NCBI GenBank assembly: GCA_964619725.1 | Contig: CAZUFC010000083.1 | Coordinates: forward strand, 1 to 38,633 | Reading direction: 5' to 3' | DNA: 38,633 nucleotides | Origin: an uncultured bacterium | GTDB lineage: Bacteria > CSSED10-310 > CAZUFC01 | Shown: positions 35,553 to 38,633 of the stretch, piece by piece | Position numbering within the stretch: position 1 is the stretch's first letter | Layout of the letters: every line of letters begins with the position of its first letter | Notes under the pieces: generated by a model | Told to the model about the DNA's origin: nothing | Seen by the model: only the letters and a program-made list of their open reading frames with translations | Databases searched by the model: none | Made by a program: the position numbers and the translations under genes

Positions 35553-38480
35553 TTAGAATTTTAATCTCATACCAAGCTGAAATTGCCGGGGTGTTCCGGG
35601 CGAATTAGGTCTTCCGTAATATGGATTCTTCTCTCTTCTTTCAGGAGCCGGGTCATAAGTGGAATAGTAGACCTGATTATTATAGCTGATGCGGAAATTA
35701 TCCCAATTGAAAACATTAAAGATGTCGAAGCGCACTTCCAATTCGGCATCCCTGGCTAGCTTGAAGCTTCTGGCGAACCTCAAATCCACTTTTTTGTAGG
35801 CGGGATGCCTTCCGCTGTTTCTTTCGACCGGCCTGCCGTTTTCGTATGGTCTGTCAGATTTGTAACCGTCGCCGTTGACGTCCGAACCGTAATAAGTGCC
35901 CGTGGTGGGATTGAAAGGTTTTCCGCTCTGATAAGCGAATATGCCCGAACCGGTTATGTCCCAGGGGAATTCGACTGTACCGCTGGCGACGAAGCGGTGC
36001 CTGACGTCCCAGTCTGACGGTCCCCATTCCCAATCCATTCTGTACTGATTATCGGCATACCCCCATCCGTTGACGGCCTCAACGCTTCTTTCATTGGAAT
36101 CGCTGTCGTAACTTTTTGACCAGGTGTAGGAAGTCAGAACCTGGTATCTATTAGAGAATCTTTTTTCGGCCTTAATCGAAACGCTGTTGTAAAGCGACTC
36201 AGCAGAACTTTCAAACTGCACTATTTTATCGAACTCCTCGTAATTCCTCGTGTCGCCCCAATGCCACCGCCCCTCTTCATCCTGATAACAATCAGGACAA
36301 TCTTCCGGAGCAGGCAGATTAATGTCGCTTTTGCGTTCGAGTTTAGTGGTATGAGTATAATTATACTCCAGGGCCAGAGACAGGTCCTTGTATACTTCTC
36401 TTTCAAAACCTACGTTGAAGCGCAACGCTTGAGAATTTTCGAAATCCTCATCAAATACGTAAATAATTGGTTTTTCCGCCACTCCTCCGCCCTCCGGAAA
36501 CTCTGGTATACGGTTGGGATAGTCGGGAAAATAGGGGCTGTCAGGTTCAAAAGTCAGCAATATGACCCTTCCGCCGTTGTTTAACAGGGCATTGGCGACC
36601 AGAATGGAAGGAGTGGGGGCATAATACATGCCGGCGCCGAACCGGAGGACTGATTTTCCGTCGTTGAAAACGTCCCAGGCTACACCGAGCCGCGGACCAA
36701 AATTGTTTTTATCTTCCGGTATCTGGCCTGTTTGTGGAAAGTCCTCATTAGCGACTTCCGGTTCAGGTTGGTCCTGGTAATCGTATCGAAGCCCCGCATT
36801 AACCGTCAGACCTTCTCTGACGTTCCATTCATCCTGGATATAGGCGGCATGCATACCCGTTTCATATTCCACGCGACCGTTATTCCCCGTAAGGTCCCAG
36901 GCTTGAGCATATTCCGAGGGTCTTTTGTTGATGTAATCCATGAAACCCGAAAAATAATAACTTCCGCCGCAATACCGGCAAAATTGGTTGTCTATTTCCA
37001 GGAAATTCAGGTCTATCCCTGTTCGAATGTCATGATTCAATGTCGAATAACTGAAATTATTCAGAATCTGCAGGCGCGTTTCATCCAGTCCGCTGGGCAG
37101 ATAATTCATCTGGCCGAACGTTCCCCATCCTTCAACGATTATTTCAGGATACTCCGTCGTGTTGGCCTCCCTAGGCCTGTTTTCCGTCGAATATTGCAGC
37201 CTGAATTCGTTGAAAGACCTTTGGCCTAGAATGGACGTAAGGGAAGCGACAAATGAGTTTGACTTGGTTTTCTCCAGCCCGTTGTGCATGAGGCTGTTGT
37301 CGCCGGCTCCCGTCGTTCCGTTAACCGACTCGTAATTGGTCCAATTGTCTCTCAGGGTTAAACGATGATTGGGCGTAATCTGAACGTCTGTCTTAAAAAG
37401 CAATGCTATTTCATCTTCGGTTCCCGTAAATCTTCCGTTTATTTCGTCGAAACTTTCACCGAAATCTTCATTCAAACGATCATTGAGCATCTCATAAATT
37501 TCGGGACGGATGTCCTTGTAAGATTCTATATCTACATACATGGGCTTGTTCAACTCCTGCTGATCCCATGTCATAAAGAAAAAGGCGCGGTCCTTGATCA
37601 GCGGCCCGCCCAGAGAAGCCCCGAATTGGTGCTGTTCGAAAGTATCGTATTCTCGTCCATAAGCATCCCTGGAAACCAGGTTCTCATCCCGAAAATAGTA
37701 AAAAGCGCTGCCGTGAAATTCATTCGTTCCCGATTTGGTTACAGCATTGACCACGGCTCCCATAGCCTTTCCGTATTCAGCGGAAAAACTGTTGTTGATT
37801 ACCCGGAATTCTTTAACGGCCTCCTGGCTGAAAGTAAACGGGGGCCGGGTCCCGCCGCGCTGCTCGCCGAAAAAATTGCTGTTGGTGTCCACTCCGTCCA
37901 TAAGTATGCTGTTCGTAATGGACCTTTGACCGCCAACGTTAACCCGGTAATAGTCATCCTTGGTCGCCGCCGAAGTCAACCGCAGGTGATCAGCGAAATT
38001 CCTTCCGTTAATGGGCAACGTTTCTATCGCCTTTTCATTAATTATCGTAGAAATTTCCGTCTTGGTAGTCTCAATGATCGGCGCTTCGCCCACCACTGTT
38101 ATCGTCTCCGCTATACTCACCAGGTTCATCTTAAGGTCGATCTTCAAAACCTGACCGATCCGCAAATCTATGCCTCGACGTATCACCGTCGAGAATCCCA
38201 TCAACTGCGCCTCAACCTGATATTTTCCCAACGGCAGCAACCGGGCTCTATAAAATCCATTCTCGTCCGTCGTCGTTGTCCGGGTATAATTGGTTTCCAG
38301 GTTCTTGAGCGTTACCTGGACGCCGGGCAGAGATTTACCTTCTTCATCGCGCACTCTTCCTTCAATGACGCCCGTGGTTTTCTCTCCTCCTACCGCAAAC
38401 GATTCTGTACAAAGGATTAGTGAAAAAATTACCCAAGCAGCGACACTCGTGAAAAGAAAACGATTCTTTATGCGATTCAT
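35553..38480 (-). CDS. TonB-dependent receptor (Oar-like) with an N-terminal carboxypeptidase-regulatory-like domain
   Basis: Signal peptide, G.IEGRVRDEEG..LPGV, LPINGRNF, EAVKEF.V...FSAEYG, TKSGTNEFHGS, DKNNFGPRLG.AWD, C-terminal PRQFQLGMRLKF. AGGAGG RBS before ATG 38480. Confidence 0.93.
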   Translation of the reverse strand: MNRIKNRFLFTSVAAWVIFSLILCTESFAVGGEKTTGVIEGRVRDEEGKSLPGVQVTLKNLETNYTRTTTTDENGFYRARLLPLGKYQVEAQLMGFSTVIRRGIDLRIGQVLKIDLKMNLVSIAETITVVGEAPIIETTKTEISTIINEKAIETLPINGRNFADHLRLTSAATKDDYYRVNVGGQRSITNSILMDGVDTNSNFFGEQRGGTRPPFTFSQEAVKEFRVINNSFSAEYGKAMGAVVNAVTKSGTNEFHGSAFYYFRDENLVSRDAYGREYDTFEQHQFGASLGGPLIKDRAFFFMTWDQQELNKPMYVDIESYKDIRPEIYEMLNDRLNEDFGESFDEINGRFTGTEDEIALLFKTDVQITPNHRLTLRDNWTNYESVNGTTGAGDNSLMHNGLEKTKSNSFVASLTSILGQRSFNEFRLQYSTENRPREANTTEYPEIIVEGWGTFGQMNYLPSGLDETRLQILNNFSYSTLNHDIRTGIDLNFLEIDNQFCRYCGGSYYFSGFMDYINKRPSEYAQAWDLTGNNGRVEYETGMHAAYIQDEWNVREGLTVNAGLRYDYQDQPEPEVANEDFPQTGQIPEDKNNFGPRLGVAWDVFNDGKSVLRFGAGMYYAPTPSILVANALLNNGGRVILLTFEPDSPYFPDYPNRIPEFPEGGGVAEKPIIYVFDEDFENSQALRFNVGFEREVYKDLSLALEYNYTHTTKLERKSDINLPAPEDCPDCYQDEEGRWHWGDTRNYEEFDKIVQFESSAESLYNSVSIKAEKRFSNRYQVLTSYTWSKSYDSDSNERSVEAVNGWGYADNQYRMDWEWGPSDWDVRHRFVASGTVEFPWDITGSGIFAYQSGKPFNPTTGTYYGSDVNGDGYKSDRPYENGRPVERNSGRHPAYKKVDLRFARSFKLARDAELEVRFDIFNVFNWDNFRISYNNQVYYSTYDPAPERREKNPYYGRPNSPGTPRQFQLGMRLKF

Positions 38481-38633
38481 TTTGCCTCCTTTATTTTCAA
38501 TGACGATCATGATTGTCTCAAGAAAAAAAATTTTCTCTTGAATTAAAAAAAAAACTGAAGCGATTGTCAACAGTAATCATGAGCTTTTTCCGCTGTGCAG
38601 GATTTTGGAGAAAAATTTTTCCAAGTATTCCAA

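Noticed and set aside
37365..38420. 351-aa plus-strand ORF
   Set aside because: Antisense shadow of the TonB-dependent receptor gene with no recognisable motifs.

Overview
Bacterial chromosomal window with about 21 well-supported protein genes. I saw no rRNA, tRNA, transposase, integrase or cas gene. In order: a secreted LolA-like/SAM-hydrolase-C fusion, an aldo/keto reductase and a DUF6599-like protein; prs; a HEAT-repeat membrane protein; a TetR-SDR-hypothetical operon; an Endonuclease Q (PHP)-UvrD helicase fusion; DUF2905; a TPR-like protein with a clamp-binding-like motif; a TIGR04282/TIGR04283-type glycosyltransferase pair; an 869-aa surface protein; an unassigned ORF; a class III cyclase-STAND-TPR protein; a DUF4388 protein; a CocE/NonD hydrolase; and a minus-strand operon (TonB-dependent receptor, TMTC-like GT-C/TPR protein, degenerate metallophosphoesterase lipoprotein, geranylgeranyl-reductase-like enzyme). 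The most unusual signals are non-coding: (i) a dispersed MITE-like family with TGATCAAA ends, two copies of which bracket the surface-protein gene in inverted orientation, and (ii) a 1.5-kb convergent intergenic region (28415-29935). That region holds a second MITE-like family, an orphan 37-bp repeat/37-bp spacer/37-bp repeat unit, and a tandem array of 66-bp double-hairpin units with one compensatory base-pair change. All family calls come from motif recognition by eye, not from database searches.
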